DNA of 64,000 bases from Candidatus Omnitrophota bacterium (GTDB taxonomy: Bacteria > Omnitrophota > Gorgyraeia > 2-01-FULL-45-10). Below are positions 22,762-31,863 of this stretch, piece after piece. The stretch's first letter is position 1; each line of letters opens with the position of its first letter. The notes under the pieces were generated by a model, which was not told the origin of the DNA, ran no database searches, and worked only from the letters and a program-made list of their open reading frames with translations. The DNA lies in contig JBAYMS010000001.1 of assembly GCA_041663425.1 (NCBI GenBank), positions 8,884 through 72,883 of the forward strand, in the 5' to 3' direction. The translations under genes and the position numbers were made by a program.

Positions 22762-23613
22762 ATGGCTAAAGTAATCGCGATCTGTAATCAAAAAGGCGGT
22801 GTGGGAAAAACCACCACCGCTATCAATCTTTCCGTCTATCTTGCCCTATCTGGAAAGCGAGTTCTTCTGATAGATATAGATCCGCAAGGTAATGCCACAA
22901 GCGGATTAGGTATCAATAAGCATAATATTAAAGCCAGCATATACGATCTTCTGATAGACGAGATAGATCCGAACGGCGTAACTATTAAAACAGCTATAAA
23001 TAACCTGTCTCTGATCCCCTCTACGATCAGTCTTACAGGTGCCGAAGTTGAGCTAGTTGGTATAATGGGCCGTGAATATAGGTTGAAAAAGGCTCTCTCC
23101 CCCATTTCTGGCACATACGATTACATAATAATAGATTGTCCACCATCTTTAGGTCTCCTTACGGTTAATTCACTTACCGTAGCCAATTCAGTTCTTATAC
23201 CTATCCAGTGTGAGTATTATGCCCTGGAAGGACTGAGCCAGCTTGTGAATACTGTTAATTTGGTAAAAGAAAATCTTAATGCAAATCTAGGGATTGAAGG
23301 TGTATTGCTTACCATGGCCGATTTCAGGACCAATTTAACCACCGAGGTTATTAAGGAAGTGCGAAATTTCTTTAAAGGCAAAGTCTATGAAACTATAATA
23401 CCGAGAAATATTCGGCTCACAGAAGCTCCGGGATTTGGTAAACCAATAGCGCTTTACGATAAAAATTCTATAGGAGCGCAAAAATATCATGAGTTTATGA
23501 ATGAATTGTTAGGGGTAAAAAAAGAAATCGCCACCAATATTATAGTAGAAGAAACGCCTAAACCAAATAATGATAATGATTTACAACAAATTAGTGAAGG
23601 AGAGATTAAGTGA
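22762..23613 (+). CDS. parA: Chromosome partitioning ATPase ParA/Soj
   Basis: It has the deviant Walker A KGGVGKTT. The probable true start is MAKVIAIC at 22762; the ORF-track start at 22726 would put the parS sites inside the coding sequence. Confidence 0.9.
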   Translation: MAKVIAICNQKGGVGKTTTAINLSVYLALSGKRVLLIDIDPQGNATSGLGINKHNIKASIYDLLIDEIDPNGVTIKTAINNLSLIPSTISLTGAEVELVGIMGREYRLKKALSPISGTYDYIIIDCPPSLGLLTVNSLTVANSVLIPIQCEYYALEGLSQLVNTVNLVKENLNANLGIEGVLLTMADFRTNLTTEVIKEVRNFFKGKVYETIIPRNIRLTEAPGFGKPIALYDKNSIGAQKYHEFMNELLGVKKEIATNIIVEETPKPNNDNDLQQISEGEIK

Positions 23614-24470
23614 TGGAAAAGAGAGCTTTGGGAAAAGGTCTTAGTGCCCTTATTCCCGGTAAAGAAGTAACGCAAGAGAATGGAGAGTCAGTTTTAAAGA
23701 TTGATATATCAAAAATTAAGACAAACAAATATCAGCCTCGTTTAGAATTTAATAAAGAAAAATTAGAAGAGCTTATGAGCTCTATAAAAGAAAAGGGAGT
23801 CGTCCAGCCCGTCCTAGTCCGAAAGATCGCGGATGGCTATGAATTAATAGCTGGAGAACGGCGTTTGCGGGCCGTTACCGGCCTGGGAATGACCACAATC
23901 CCTGTTATTGTTAAAGATGTTGCGGATCTGGACATGCTTGAGCTGTCATTGATCGAAAACATTCAGCGGGAAGAGCTTAACCCGATAGAAGAAGCGGTTG
24001 CGTTCCAGAAATTCATAACAGATTTCAATTTTACACAGGAAAAGATCGCCGCATCGCTTGGCAAAGACCGTTCCACGGTAGCCAATACGATCAGACTTCT
24101 TACGCTGCCTCAAAAAATACGTGAATTCATTTCCAGCGGCAGTATAACAGCCGGCCACGCCAAAGCGATTCTGTCTTTACCGACGGAAAACGAGCAGCTT
24201 AGAGTCTGCAATCTTGTTGTTAAAAAAGGCCTATCGGTCAGAGAAACAGAATCTCTGGCATCCCGCAGAGCCAGCGGGCAGGGGGAGAAGAATGTTAAAA
24301 TAGGTAAAGACCAGAGTCTGGTCGATCTGGAAAGCCAGCTTCAGCAGTTTTTTGGTACCCGCGTCAAAATAATGCAGGGTAAAAAGCGCGGCTGCATACA
24401 GATAGAGTACTATTCCAGCGATGATTTAAACCGCATATTGGACATCTTTTCGGCAAAATCTCAAGCTTAA
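23610..24470 (+). CDS. parB: Chromosome partitioning protein ParB/Spo0J
   Basis: It has the ParB box GERRLRA and an HTH, and its start overlaps the parA stop. Confidence 0.9.
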   Translation: MMEKRALGKGLSALIPGKEVTQENGESVLKIDISKIKTNKYQPRLEFNKEKLEELMSSIKEKGVVQPVLVRKIADGYELIAGERRLRAVTGLGMTTIPVIVKDVADLDMLELSLIENIQREELNPIEEAVAFQKFITDFNFTQEKIAASLGKDRSTVANTIRLLTLPQKIREFISSGSITAGHAKAILSLPTENEQLRVCNLVVKKGLSVRETESLASRRASGQGEKNVKIGKDQSLVDLESQLQQFFGTRVKIMQGKKRGCIQIEYYSSDDLNRILDIFSAKSQA

Positions 24471-24475
24471 ATATC

Positions 24476-24504
24476 TTGACTAAATAATATTAAAACAATA
24501 CAAT
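24476..24504 (+). promoter_or_regulatory. Sigma70-like promoter upstream of ndk
   Basis: The -35 is TTGACT (24476-24481), the spacer is 17 nt and the -10 is TACAAT (24499-24504). Confidence 0.45.
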
Positions 24505-24535
24505 ATTATATTCTATATATAATAAGGAAGGGTAT

Positions 24536-25033
24536 ATGATACAACAGACATTGGTTCTTATTAAGCCTGACGGCTTAAAGAAGTCTCTGACAGGTAACGT
24601 TTTAACGCGGCTTGCCGAAACTAAGCTTGAGATCGTGGCCGGGAAGATAGTAAAAGTTTCCAGGGAACTGGCCGCAGAGCATTATAGGGAGCTTAGAGAT
24701 AAGCCGTTTTTTGAAGATCTTCTGAAATACCTGATGGGTGAATACCATAAAAAGAAAGTAATGGCTCTTGTTTATTGGGGTGAAGATGCAATAGATAAGG
24801 TCCGTAAAATATGCGGATCGACAAACCCCGAAGAGGCGGACGCCGTTTCTATACGCGGTGCTTACGGAAGGATAACGACAAAAGGTGTTTATGAAAACGT
24901 TATTCACGCCTCGGCGAATATGACCGATGCCGAACGCGAAATAAAACTTTGGTTCCAGCCCGACGAGATAATCGAAGAAATATATCCATCAAAGCTTACA
25001 AAAGTTACTGTTGAAAAAAAGATCTGGGCGTAG
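24536..25033 (+). CDS. ndk: Nucleoside diphosphate kinase
   Basis: It has an NDK fold (LVLIKPDGL...NVIHASAN) with the active-site His. Confidence 0.8.
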   Translation: MIQQTLVLIKPDGLKKSLTGNVLTRLAETKLEIVAGKIVKVSRELAAEHYRELRDKPFFEDLLKYLMGEYHKKKVMALVYWGEDAIDKVRKICGSTNPEEADAVSIRGAYGRITTKGVYENVIHASANMTDAEREIKLWFQPDEIIEEIYPSKLTKVTVEKKIWA

Positions 25034-25053
25034 AGAAGAGGAAGAGGCAAAAA

Positions 25054-25932
25054 GTGATAAATTCAATGACCGGTTTCGGGAAGGGTGAGGCGAGTTTTAA
25101 ATCAGGTAAGGTAACAGTGGAAATAAAAACCGTCAACCATAAGTTTTTTGATGCCACTCTCAAGCTCCCCAGCGGGATAATACCCTTTGAAGATAGAATA
25201 AAAGAAGTGCTGCAAAAAAGGATAAAAAGAGGAAAAATAAATTTAAATCTCACTCACGACGGAGCGCTTCTTAAAAGCGATCGGATAGCGATAAATAAAA
25301 AAGCCGCAAAGAGTTATTTTAACGAACTTGAGGCGCTTAAAAAACATCTCGGATTGCAGGAAGAAGTAAAATTAAAAGATATAATAGCGTTACCCGGCGT
25401 TTTAAGTTTCGATTCGATGGAATCGGGGCTGGCCAGTTTTTGGCCGAAGATAAAAAAAGCGCTCGATATGGCCATTGACAGTCTCATCTCCGACAGAGAA
25501 AAAGAAGGCAAGGCTCTTTGTAAAGATCTGACGTCTAGGACAAAGCAGATAGAAAAAATGCTGGCAACGATAAAATCGCGCGCCCATTTAAATATCGACG
25601 AATACAGAAAAAGATTTGCTGACAGGGTGAAGGACCTGACCGGCGGCCGTGATATAGATATGGGAAGGCTTGAAATGGAAGTAGCGATCTTTGCAAAGAA
25701 TTGTGATATTTCGGAAGAGATAACCAGACTGCAGAACCATCTTTCCAATTTCAATAAGACCATATCTTCCGGCGGGGAGGTCGGGAAAAAAATAGATTTT
25801 ATAGCACAGGAACTCCATCGCGAAATAAATACCATCGGCTCTAAGGCCAGTGATTTTAAGATATCGAAGAACGTGATCGAGATAAAAGGCGAGATAGAAA
25901 AAATACGCGAACAGGCAAAAAATTTAGAATGA
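25054..25932 (+). CDS. YicC/YloC family protein
   Basis: It has the MINSMTGFGKGE N-terminus typical of YicC and lies upstream of gmk-rpoZ, as in many bacteria. Confidence 0.8.
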   Translation: MINSMTGFGKGEASFKSGKVTVEIKTVNHKFFDATLKLPSGIIPFEDRIKEVLQKRIKRGKINLNLTHDGALLKSDRIAINKKAAKSYFNELEALKKHLGLQEEVKLKDIIALPGVLSFDSMESGLASFWPKIKKALDMAIDSLISDREKEGKALCKDLTSRTKQIEKMLATIKSRAHLNIDEYRKRFADRVKDLTGGRDIDMGRLEMEVAIFAKNCDISEEITRLQNHLSNFNKTISSGGEVGKKIDFIAQELHREINTIGSKASDFKISKNVIEIKGEIEKIREQAKNLE

Positions 25933-26489
25933 AGGCTAAATTGTTCGTAGTCTCCGCTCCGTCGGGATCCGGCAAAACCACCTTATGCAACAAACTATTA
26001 AAAGATGATTTAGGTCTTGCCCAATCTGTTTCCATGACTACACGGCCGCCCAGAAAAGGCGAGCAGGACGGGGTTGATTATCATTTTGTGTCAGAAAGAT
26101 CTTTTAAAGACACGATAAAGAAAAAAGGATTTCTGGAATACGAGGAAAATTTCGGCTGTTTGTACGGGACGCCGAAGAAGCTCATAGAAAAGCGTCTTAA
26201 AAAAGGTTTAAATGTTCTTTTAAGTATCGATGTAAAAGGTGCGATGAAGGTAAAAAAAGAATATCCCGACGAGAGTATTCTCATTTTTATCCTTCCGCCG
26301 TCTTTAGGGGTTTTAAAAAACAGGCTTAATTCAAGAAGATCGGAGGACAAGAAAGCGATCTCAGAGAGACTTAAGCTGGCAAAAAAAGAAATCGCATATA
26401 AAAAGAAATACGATTACACGGTCGTGAACGATCGTCTGGATGTTGCATATAAAAAATTGAAAAAAATAGTGCTTTCAGAAATTAACTAA
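25929..26489 (+). CDS. gmk: Guanylate kinase
   Basis: It has the P-loop SAPSGSGKTTL and the TTRPPRKGE motif. Confidence 0.9.
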   Translation: MKAKLFVVSAPSGSGKTTLCNKLLKDDLGLAQSVSMTTRPPRKGEQDGVDYHFVSERSFKDTIKKKGFLEYEENFGCLYGTPKKLIEKRLKKGLNVLLSIDVKGAMKVKKEYPDESILIFILPPSLGVLKNRLNSRRSEDKKAISERLKLAKKEIAYKKKYDYTVVNDRLDVAYKKLKKIVLSEIN

Positions 26490-26501
26490 GGAGCTAAGAA
26501 A

Positions 26502-26708
26502 ATGCAGAATTTTGATATACAGAAACTGCTGGACAAGGTCGGAAGTTTGTACAAGCTCGTCATACTTACATCTCTGCGTGCTGTGGAGTTGAGCGATGGC
26601 GCAGCGAATCTTACAGGCGAAAAACCTGATGCAAAAACGATCAATACAGCTTTGAGGGAAATATCCGAAGGAAAGATCGAGTATAAAATAAAAGAGAAAA
26701 AAGAATGA
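26502..26708 (+). CDS. rpoZ: DNA-directed RNA polymerase subunit omega
   Basis: It is 68 aa and reads SLYKLVILTSLRAVEL. Confidence 0.85.
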   Translation: MQNFDIQKLLDKVGSLYKLVILTSLRAVELSDGAANLTGEKPDAKTINTALREISEGKIEYKIKEKKE

Positions 26709-27247
26709 ACAGATCCAAGCCGGTCGTACTTGGTGTAACCGGCAGCATAGCTGCTTACAGAGCGTGCGACATAATCAGCGCGTTCAGAAGAGAAGAGATA
26801 GAAGTGCAGGCCGTTCTTACCAAAGAGGCCGCAGAATTTATCACTCCGCTTTCTCTGCAGACCCTTTCACGTAATAAAGTCATTACGGACATGTTTGCGC
26901 TGCCTGAAAAATGGGATCCTGTACATACTTCAATAGCTGAGAAGGCAGGATTGATTTTAATAGCGCCTGCTACAGCAAATGTAATCGGCAAGCTTGCCAG
27001 CGGGATATGCGACGATCTTCTGACGTGCATTGTATTTGCAACAAAAGCGCCTGTTCTTATAGCGCCGGCTATGAATGAGAAGATGTATAATCACAAAATA
27101 GTCCAGGCCAACATAGCGAAGCTGAAAGCGATAGGATACAAATTTGTAGGACCGATAAAAGGCTACCTTGCATGCGGACATGTGGATACAGGACACATTG
27201 CCGACACAGATCAGATTGTGAAGGAAGCTAAAAGACTGCTGAAGTGA
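26705..27247 (+). CDS. coaC: Phosphopantothenoylcysteine decarboxylase (flavoprotein, CoaC part), as a separate ORF
   Basis: It is 180 aa and has the flavoprotein motifs GVTGSIAAYRA and PAMN. Confidence 0.8.
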   Translation: MNRSKPVVLGVTGSIAAYRACDIISAFRREEIEVQAVLTKEAAEFITPLSLQTLSRNKVITDMFALPEKWDPVHTSIAEKAGLILIAPATANVIGKLASGICDDLLTCIVFATKAPVLIAPAMNEKMYNHKIVQANIAKLKAIGYKFVGPIKGYLACGHVDTGHIADTDQIVKEAKRLLK

Positions 27248-27897
27248 AATCAAAAAACGGAAAGAATATAACCGTTCTTGTGGTTGCAGGCCCGACGAGA
27301 GAAAAGATAGATCCCGTCAGGTTTATTTCAAATTATTCTACCGGAACTTTTGGTTATGCAATTGCCGGTGAAGCATCCAGGCGCGGCCATAGAACTATTT
27401 TAGTAAGCGGACCTACCTGTCTCGAGGTTCCGGAAAAAGTAGAATTTATCAGTGTTGAAAGCGCCCTCGAAATGAGGCGTGAAGTTAGGTCTCTGGCAAA
27501 GTCAGCAACATGCGTGATAATGGCCGCTGCGGTTTGTGATTGGAGGGCTGAGCTGGTTCTGCCGCGCAAGATAAAACGAAAAGGCGGCGTTAAAGTACTT
27601 AAGCTGAAAGAAAATCCGGACATACTTAAAGAGCTCGGAGAAAAGAAAAATAGTATTTTGGTAGGTTTTGCCCTGGAAACCGAACACTTAGAGAAAAATG
27701 CTATTGAGAAGCTCAAAAAAAAGAATCTAGATCTCATAATAGCAAACAGGCTTACAAAAGATAGCGGATTGTTCGGGGATAGATTGACAGACGTTTTGAT
27801 GATAGACAGGTCTTTGCAGAAATTGGTATGCCGCCGCAAGACCAAGAAGGAACTGGCCAAGATTATTCTTGACAAGGCCTTAAAGTCTAAGATATAG
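27244..27897 (+). CDS. coaB: Phosphopantothenate--cysteine ligase (CoaB part), with a GTG start overlapping the coaC stop
   Basis: It is 217 aa and has a DFP/CoaB domain (VTVLVVAGPTREKIDPVRFISNYSTG). Confidence 0.8.
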   Translation: MKSKNGKNITVLVVAGPTREKIDPVRFISNYSTGTFGYAIAGEASRRGHRTILVSGPTCLEVPEKVEFISVESALEMRREVRSLAKSATCVIMAAAVCDWRAELVLPRKIKRKGGVKVLKLKENPDILKELGEKKNSILVGFALETEHLEKNAIEKLKKKNLDLIIANRLTKDSGLFGDRLTDVLMIDRSLQKLVCRRKTKKELAKIILDKALKSKI

Positions 27898-27958
27898 TCA
27901 TTTCCTCGACGAAGCTCGGGATCGATCCTGGGTATAGTGAAGGATCAGAATTTCGCAT

Positions 27959-28387
27959 ATGATGAGAAAAAGAGCTTTTACTATTATAGAATTGCTGGTC
28001 GTTATATGTGTATTTCTAATTATGTTTGCCGCGCTGGCTCCTTTTGTGCGTATGGCAAAAATATACGCGAACAAAATAAATTGCGCTAATAATTTGCGGC
28101 AGATAAGTTTAGGGCTGCATAAATATGCGCGGGATCACGGCAAAAAGTTTCCAAAAAGCCTCGGAGAATTATATCCGGCTTATATAAATGACGGCGGAAT
28201 ATTGGATTGCCCTTCGATAAAAGACAGGGCAGCGAAAAATACGCCGGATTATACTTATACGCAGGGCCTTACAGAGGCTTCGCCGGCCAAAGAAGTGATA
28301 GTGCAGGATGCTGACGGTAATCACAAAGGGGCCGGAAGAAATGTTTTAAGGGTTGACGGCTCTGTGGATTTGATTTTGGCGCGGTAG
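27959..28387 (+). CDS. Prepilin-type N-terminal cleavage/methylation protein of the DUF1559 (H-X9-DG) type
   Basis: It has the N-terminal FTIIELLVVI motif and then NKINCANNLRQISLGLHKYARDHG. Confidence 0.75.
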   Translation: MMRKRAFTIIELLVVICVFLIMFAALAPFVRMAKIYANKINCANNLRQISLGLHKYARDHGKKFPKSLGELYPAYINDGGILDCPSIKDRAAKNTPDYTYTQGLTEASPAKEVIVQDADGNHKGAGRNVLRVDGSVDLILAR

Positions 28388-28452
28388 CCAAGCGGTAAGG
28401 CAGGAGTCTGCAAAACTCTTATACAGCGGTTCAATTCCGCTCCGCGCCTCCA
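28378..28452 (+). tRNA. tRNA-Cys (anticodon GCA)
   Basis: The sequence is GGCGCGGTAGCCAAGCGGTAAGGCAGGAGTCTGCAAAACTCTTATACAGCGGTTCAATTCCGCTCCGCGCCTCCA. Its 5' end overlaps the stop codon of the upstream CDS. Confidence 0.85.
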
Positions 28453-28455
28453 GAT

Positions 28456-28532
28456 GGACGCGTAGCTCAGTTGGTTAGAGCACTACCTTGACATGGTAGG
28501 GGTCACAGGTTCGAGTCCTGTCGCGTCCACCA
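28456..28532 (+). tRNA. tRNA-Val (anticodon GAC)
   Basis: The sequence is GGACGCGTAGCTCAGTTGGTTAGAGCACTACCTTGACATGGTAGGGGTCACAGGTTCGAGTCCTGTCGCGTCCACCA. Confidence 0.85.
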
Positions 28533-28595
28533 TTCTACAGTTTGAGTCGGGAATTGTGGAGTGGAGACAAAAATTTAATTTTATTTAAGGTGTGT

Positions 28596-30455
28596 ATGTG
28601 TGGAATAGTAGGATACATAGGAACAAAAAGTGCGCAGGAAGTGCTGCTGAAGGGATTGAGCCGTCTGGAATACAGGGGCTACGATTCCTCCGGCGTAGCT
28701 ATTATTGAATCTAAGAAGCTAAACCTGGTAAAACGACAGGGCAAGCTGCGCATATTGGCCGACGTCTTAAAAGAAGGTCCTTCCAAGGGTACGGTTGGTA
28801 TAGGTCATACGCGCTGGGCAACACACGGTATTCCCAATGACATAAATGCGCACCCCCATTTAGACTGCACAGGCAAGATAGCCGTAGTTCATAACGGCAT
28901 TGTCGAAAATTATCTCGAGCTCAAAAAAATCCTGATGAAAGAAGGGCACAAATTTATATCGGAAACCGATACCGAAATAATTGCGCACCTGATCGAAAAA
29001 TATTATAACGGACATCTAGAAGCCGCAGTTTTAAAAGCAATCAAACTGCTCAAAGGTTCTTATGCGATAGCTGTTGTGCATTCTGGGGAGCCGGATAAGA
29101 TAGTCGGAGCAAGGTGTGATTCACCACTTATCATAGGTCTGGGCGACGGGGAAAATTTTCTGGCAAGCGATGTTCCCGCCGTGCTTGATTATACGAAAGA
29201 CGTCATATATCTCGATAACCATGAGCTTATCATTCTGACCAAAACCGGCGTCACCATCAAAGATTATGACGGACGAGTTTTATCGAAAAAACCGTCTAAA
29301 ATAAAATGGGATATTAAACAGGCGGAAAAAGCCGGCCATGAACATTTTATGCTCAAAGAGATTTATGAGCAGGGCGACATCCTCAGAAATATACTCGACG
29401 AAAGACTGCATGGCGGCAAGGTGGTTTTTGAAGAGCTTGCCATAGAAGCCGCAGCATTCAAACATTTTAAAAAAATAGCTCTGGTAGCATGCGGTACCGC
29501 TTATCATGCGGGACTGACCGGTAAATACATGATAGAGGAATATGTCAGGATACCATGCTGGGTGGATACCTCGAGTGAATTTCGATACAGAGATCCCATT
29601 GTTGACAAGGAAACGCTCTTCATAGTTATTTCGCAGTCGGGAGAGACAGCAGATTCTCTGGCGGCGCTCCGGGAGGCAAAAAGGCGCGGGGCGACAACCT
29701 TGGGCATATGTAATGCCGTCGGAAGTTCTATAGCGAGGGAATCGGACGGAGTGATTTATACTCATGCGGGTCCGGAGATAGCGGTGGCGTCCACAAAAGC
29801 CTATACTGCACAGCTGGCGATACTTTATTTGTTGACGCTTTATATGGGCACATTGCGCGGCAATATATCGAAGACGAAACTGGAAAAGCTTATTGCAGAA
29901 TTCCGAAGAGCACCCGATCTTATGGACGAGCTCATAAGCGAATATAAAGATCCGTATAATAATATTGCAGCTTATGCGAGTGAATTTAAACGATATTACT
30001 ACGAAAAACACAATAAATCCTATTTCCTGTATCTCGGGCGTAACATAAATTATCCCAATGCGCTCGAAGGAGCTCTGAAGCTGAAGGAAATATCCTACAT
30101 CAGCGCTGAGGGGTATCCTGCCGGCGAGATGAAACACGGGCCGATAGCTCTGATAGACGAAAATCCATGGGTTGTCTGCATTGCCACACAGGCAAAGACT
30201 TATGACAAGATGTTATCCAATATCCAGGAGATAAAAGCGCGCAGCGGCATAGTAATAGCGCTTGTGACTGAAGGCGACAAAGAGATACAGCACCATAATG
30301 TCAACTATGTTATAGAGGTGCCGAAGATAGACGAGCTGTTCAGCCCGCTTTTGGTGGTGATACCGCTCCAGCTGCTTGCTTATTATGTCGCGAAAAAGTT
30401 CGGTTATGATATAGATCAGCCGCGCAATCTTGCAAAATCGGTAACAGTCGAATAA
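28596..30455 (+). CDS. glmS: Glutamine--fructose-6-phosphate aminotransferase
   Basis: The true start is MCGIVGYIG (the N-terminal Cys nucleophile) at 28596, and there are two SIS domains. The ORF-track start at 28542 is an upstream extension. Confidence 0.9.
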   Translation: MCGIVGYIGTKSAQEVLLKGLSRLEYRGYDSSGVAIIESKKLNLVKRQGKLRILADVLKEGPSKGTVGIGHTRWATHGIPNDINAHPHLDCTGKIAVVHNGIVENYLELKKILMKEGHKFISETDTEIIAHLIEKYYNGHLEAAVLKAIKLLKGSYAIAVVHSGEPDKIVGARCDSPLIIGLGDGENFLASDVPAVLDYTKDVIYLDNHELIILTKTGVTIKDYDGRVLSKKPSKIKWDIKQAEKAGHEHFMLKEIYEQGDILRNILDERLHGGKVVFEELAIEAAAFKHFKKIALVACGTAYHAGLTGKYMIEEYVRIPCWVDTSSEFRYRDPIVDKETLFIVISQSGETADSLAALREAKRRGATTLGICNAVGSSIARESDGVIYTHAGPEIAVASTKAYTAQLAILYLLTLYMGTLRGNISKTKLEKLIAEFRRAPDLMDELISEYKDPYNNIAAYASEFKRYYYEKHNKSYFLYLGRNINYPNALEGALKLKEISYISAEGYPAGEMKHGPIALIDENPWVVCIATQAKTYDKMLSNIQEIKARSGIVIALVTEGDKEIQHHNVNYVIEVPKIDELFSPLLVVIPLQLLAYYVAKKFGYDIDQPRNLAKSVTVE

Positions 30456-30477
30456 TTTCGACGCAGAGCCTAAAATT

Positions 30478-31140
30478 ATGAACGGCACATTATATGTGGT
30501 TTCTACTCCCATAGGTAATCTGGAAGACATAACCCTGCGTGCCATAGAAACATTGAAATCGGTTGACCTTATCGCTGCCGAAGATACCCGCCACACAAAA
30601 ATACTGCTCGACAGATATGAAATAAGAACTCCGACGACAAGTTACTTCGAATATAATAAGATCCAGAAGACAGATTATCTTATAAAAGTTCTGCAGGAAG
30701 GTAAATCTGTTGCCCTGGTCTCTGATGCGGGCACGCCCGGCATATCGGATCCGGGGTATAGGGTTATCCATCTTTGTATAGAAAACGGAATATCGGTAGT
30801 GCCGATCCCGGGAGCCTCGGGGCTCATAACAGCTCTTACTATTTCAGGGAAACCTACTGATAAATTTACATTTGAAGGATTTTTATCAAATAAGGGTGCT
30901 AGAAGGAAAAATCAGCTTAAGAAATTGCACGAAGAGGGCAGAACGGCCGTTTTATATGAATCGCCGCACAGGATAGTGAAGATGCTGGAGGATGCCCTGG
31001 AAGTTTACGGCGATGTGGATATTGTTCTGGCCAGAGAGCTTACAAAGAAATTTGAGGAAGTGCGGCGCGAAAAGGTTTCCGCAACGATCGCGCACTTTAC
31101 ATCTCACGCGCCAAAAGGCGAATTTATTGTAATTATTTAA
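30478..31140 (+). CDS. rsmI: 16S rRNA (cytidine1402-2'-O)-methyltransferase RsmI, short form
   Basis: It reads LYVVSTPIGNLEDITLRAIETLKSVDLIAAEDTRHT. Confidence 0.8.
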   Translation: MNGTLYVVSTPIGNLEDITLRAIETLKSVDLIAAEDTRHTKILLDRYEIRTPTTSYFEYNKIQKTDYLIKVLQEGKSVALVSDAGTPGISDPGYRVIHLCIENGISVVPIPGASGLITALTISGKPTDKFTFEGFLSNKGARRKNQLKKLHEEGRTAVLYESPHRIVKMLEDALEVYGDVDIVLARELTKKFEEVRREKVSATIAHFTSHAPKGEFIVII

Positions 31141-31153
31141 GCCCAAAATTACA

Positions 31154-31299
31154 TTGACAAAATGCTTAAAGCGTGATACAATTACCACAATAAAGTTACC
31201 TTTTAATGCCGGTCCAGAGAGTCCGGAAAAGGAGAAGTAAGGATGAATACCAGACCCACTTATCTGTTTTGTAAAAATGATAGGTGGGATTTTTATTTT
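31154..31299 (+). promoter_or_regulatory. pyr operon promoter plus a PyrR-type transcription attenuator (binding loop and intrinsic terminator)
   Basis: The -35 is TTGACA (31154-31159) and the -10 is TACAAT (31177-31182). The stem-loop CCGG-UCCAGAGAGU-CCGG (31209-31226) matches the PyrR binding-loop core UCCAGAGAG. The terminator is CCCACTTATC...GATAGGTGGG followed by ATTTTTATTTT (31255-31299). Confidence 0.6.
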
Positions 31300-31310
31300 A
31301 AGGCGGCCAT

Positions 31311-31859
31311 ATGACGTTCAAAGAAAAGACCAAAATACTCGATAAAGACGATATAGACAGATCCCTTCAGAGGATAGCCCACGAAATAGTAGAAAAAATA
31401 AAGGCCACCGAGGAAATAGCGATAATAGGCATAAAGAACCGCGGAGCGTATTTGGGCCAGCGGCTTGCTGAAAAAATAGGAAAGATAACCGGCTCGAAAA
31501 TACCGGTCGGTGCGCTTGATATCACACTATACAGAGACGATCTTACTGAGGCTTCAAGTCAGCCCATAGTCCATGCCACAGAAATAAATTTTGATATCGA
31601 GGGAAAAAAAATAATATTGGTAGACGATGTCCTGTATACCGGCAGGACGATAAGGTGTGCTCTGGATGCATTGATAGATTTTGGAAGGCCCGCCCAGATA
31701 CAGCTTGCCGTATTGGTTGACAGAGGCCACAGAGAGCTTCCGATAAGGGCAGATTATGTAGGTAAAAATGTCCCGACGTCTCTTAAAGAGGTCGTGGAAG
31801 TTAAGTTATCAGAGACCGAAGGCAAAGACGAAGTAGTGCTTTGCGAAAAAGATAGGTAA
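31311..31859 (+). CDS. pyrR: Bifunctional pyr operon regulator / uracil phosphoribosyltransferase PyrR
   Basis: It has the PRTase motif [12 protein letters not shown] and sits first in the pyr operon. Confidence 0.9.
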   Translation: MTFKEKTKILDKDDIDRSLQRIAHEIVEKIKATEEIAIIGIKNRGAYLGQRLAEKIGKITGSKIPVGALDITLYRDDLTEASSQPIVHATEINFDIEGKKIILVDDVLYTGRTIRCALDALIDFGRPAQIQLAVLVDRGHRELPIRADYVGKNVPTSLKEVVEVKLSETEGKDEVVLCEKDR

Positions 31860-31863
31860 AGGG

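Noticed and set aside
28533-28595. Possible glmS ribozyme upstream of glmS
   Set aside because: Only 63 nt separate tRNA-Val and the MCGIVG start. That is too short for a glmS ribozyme of about 150 nt, and its conserved core is not visible.
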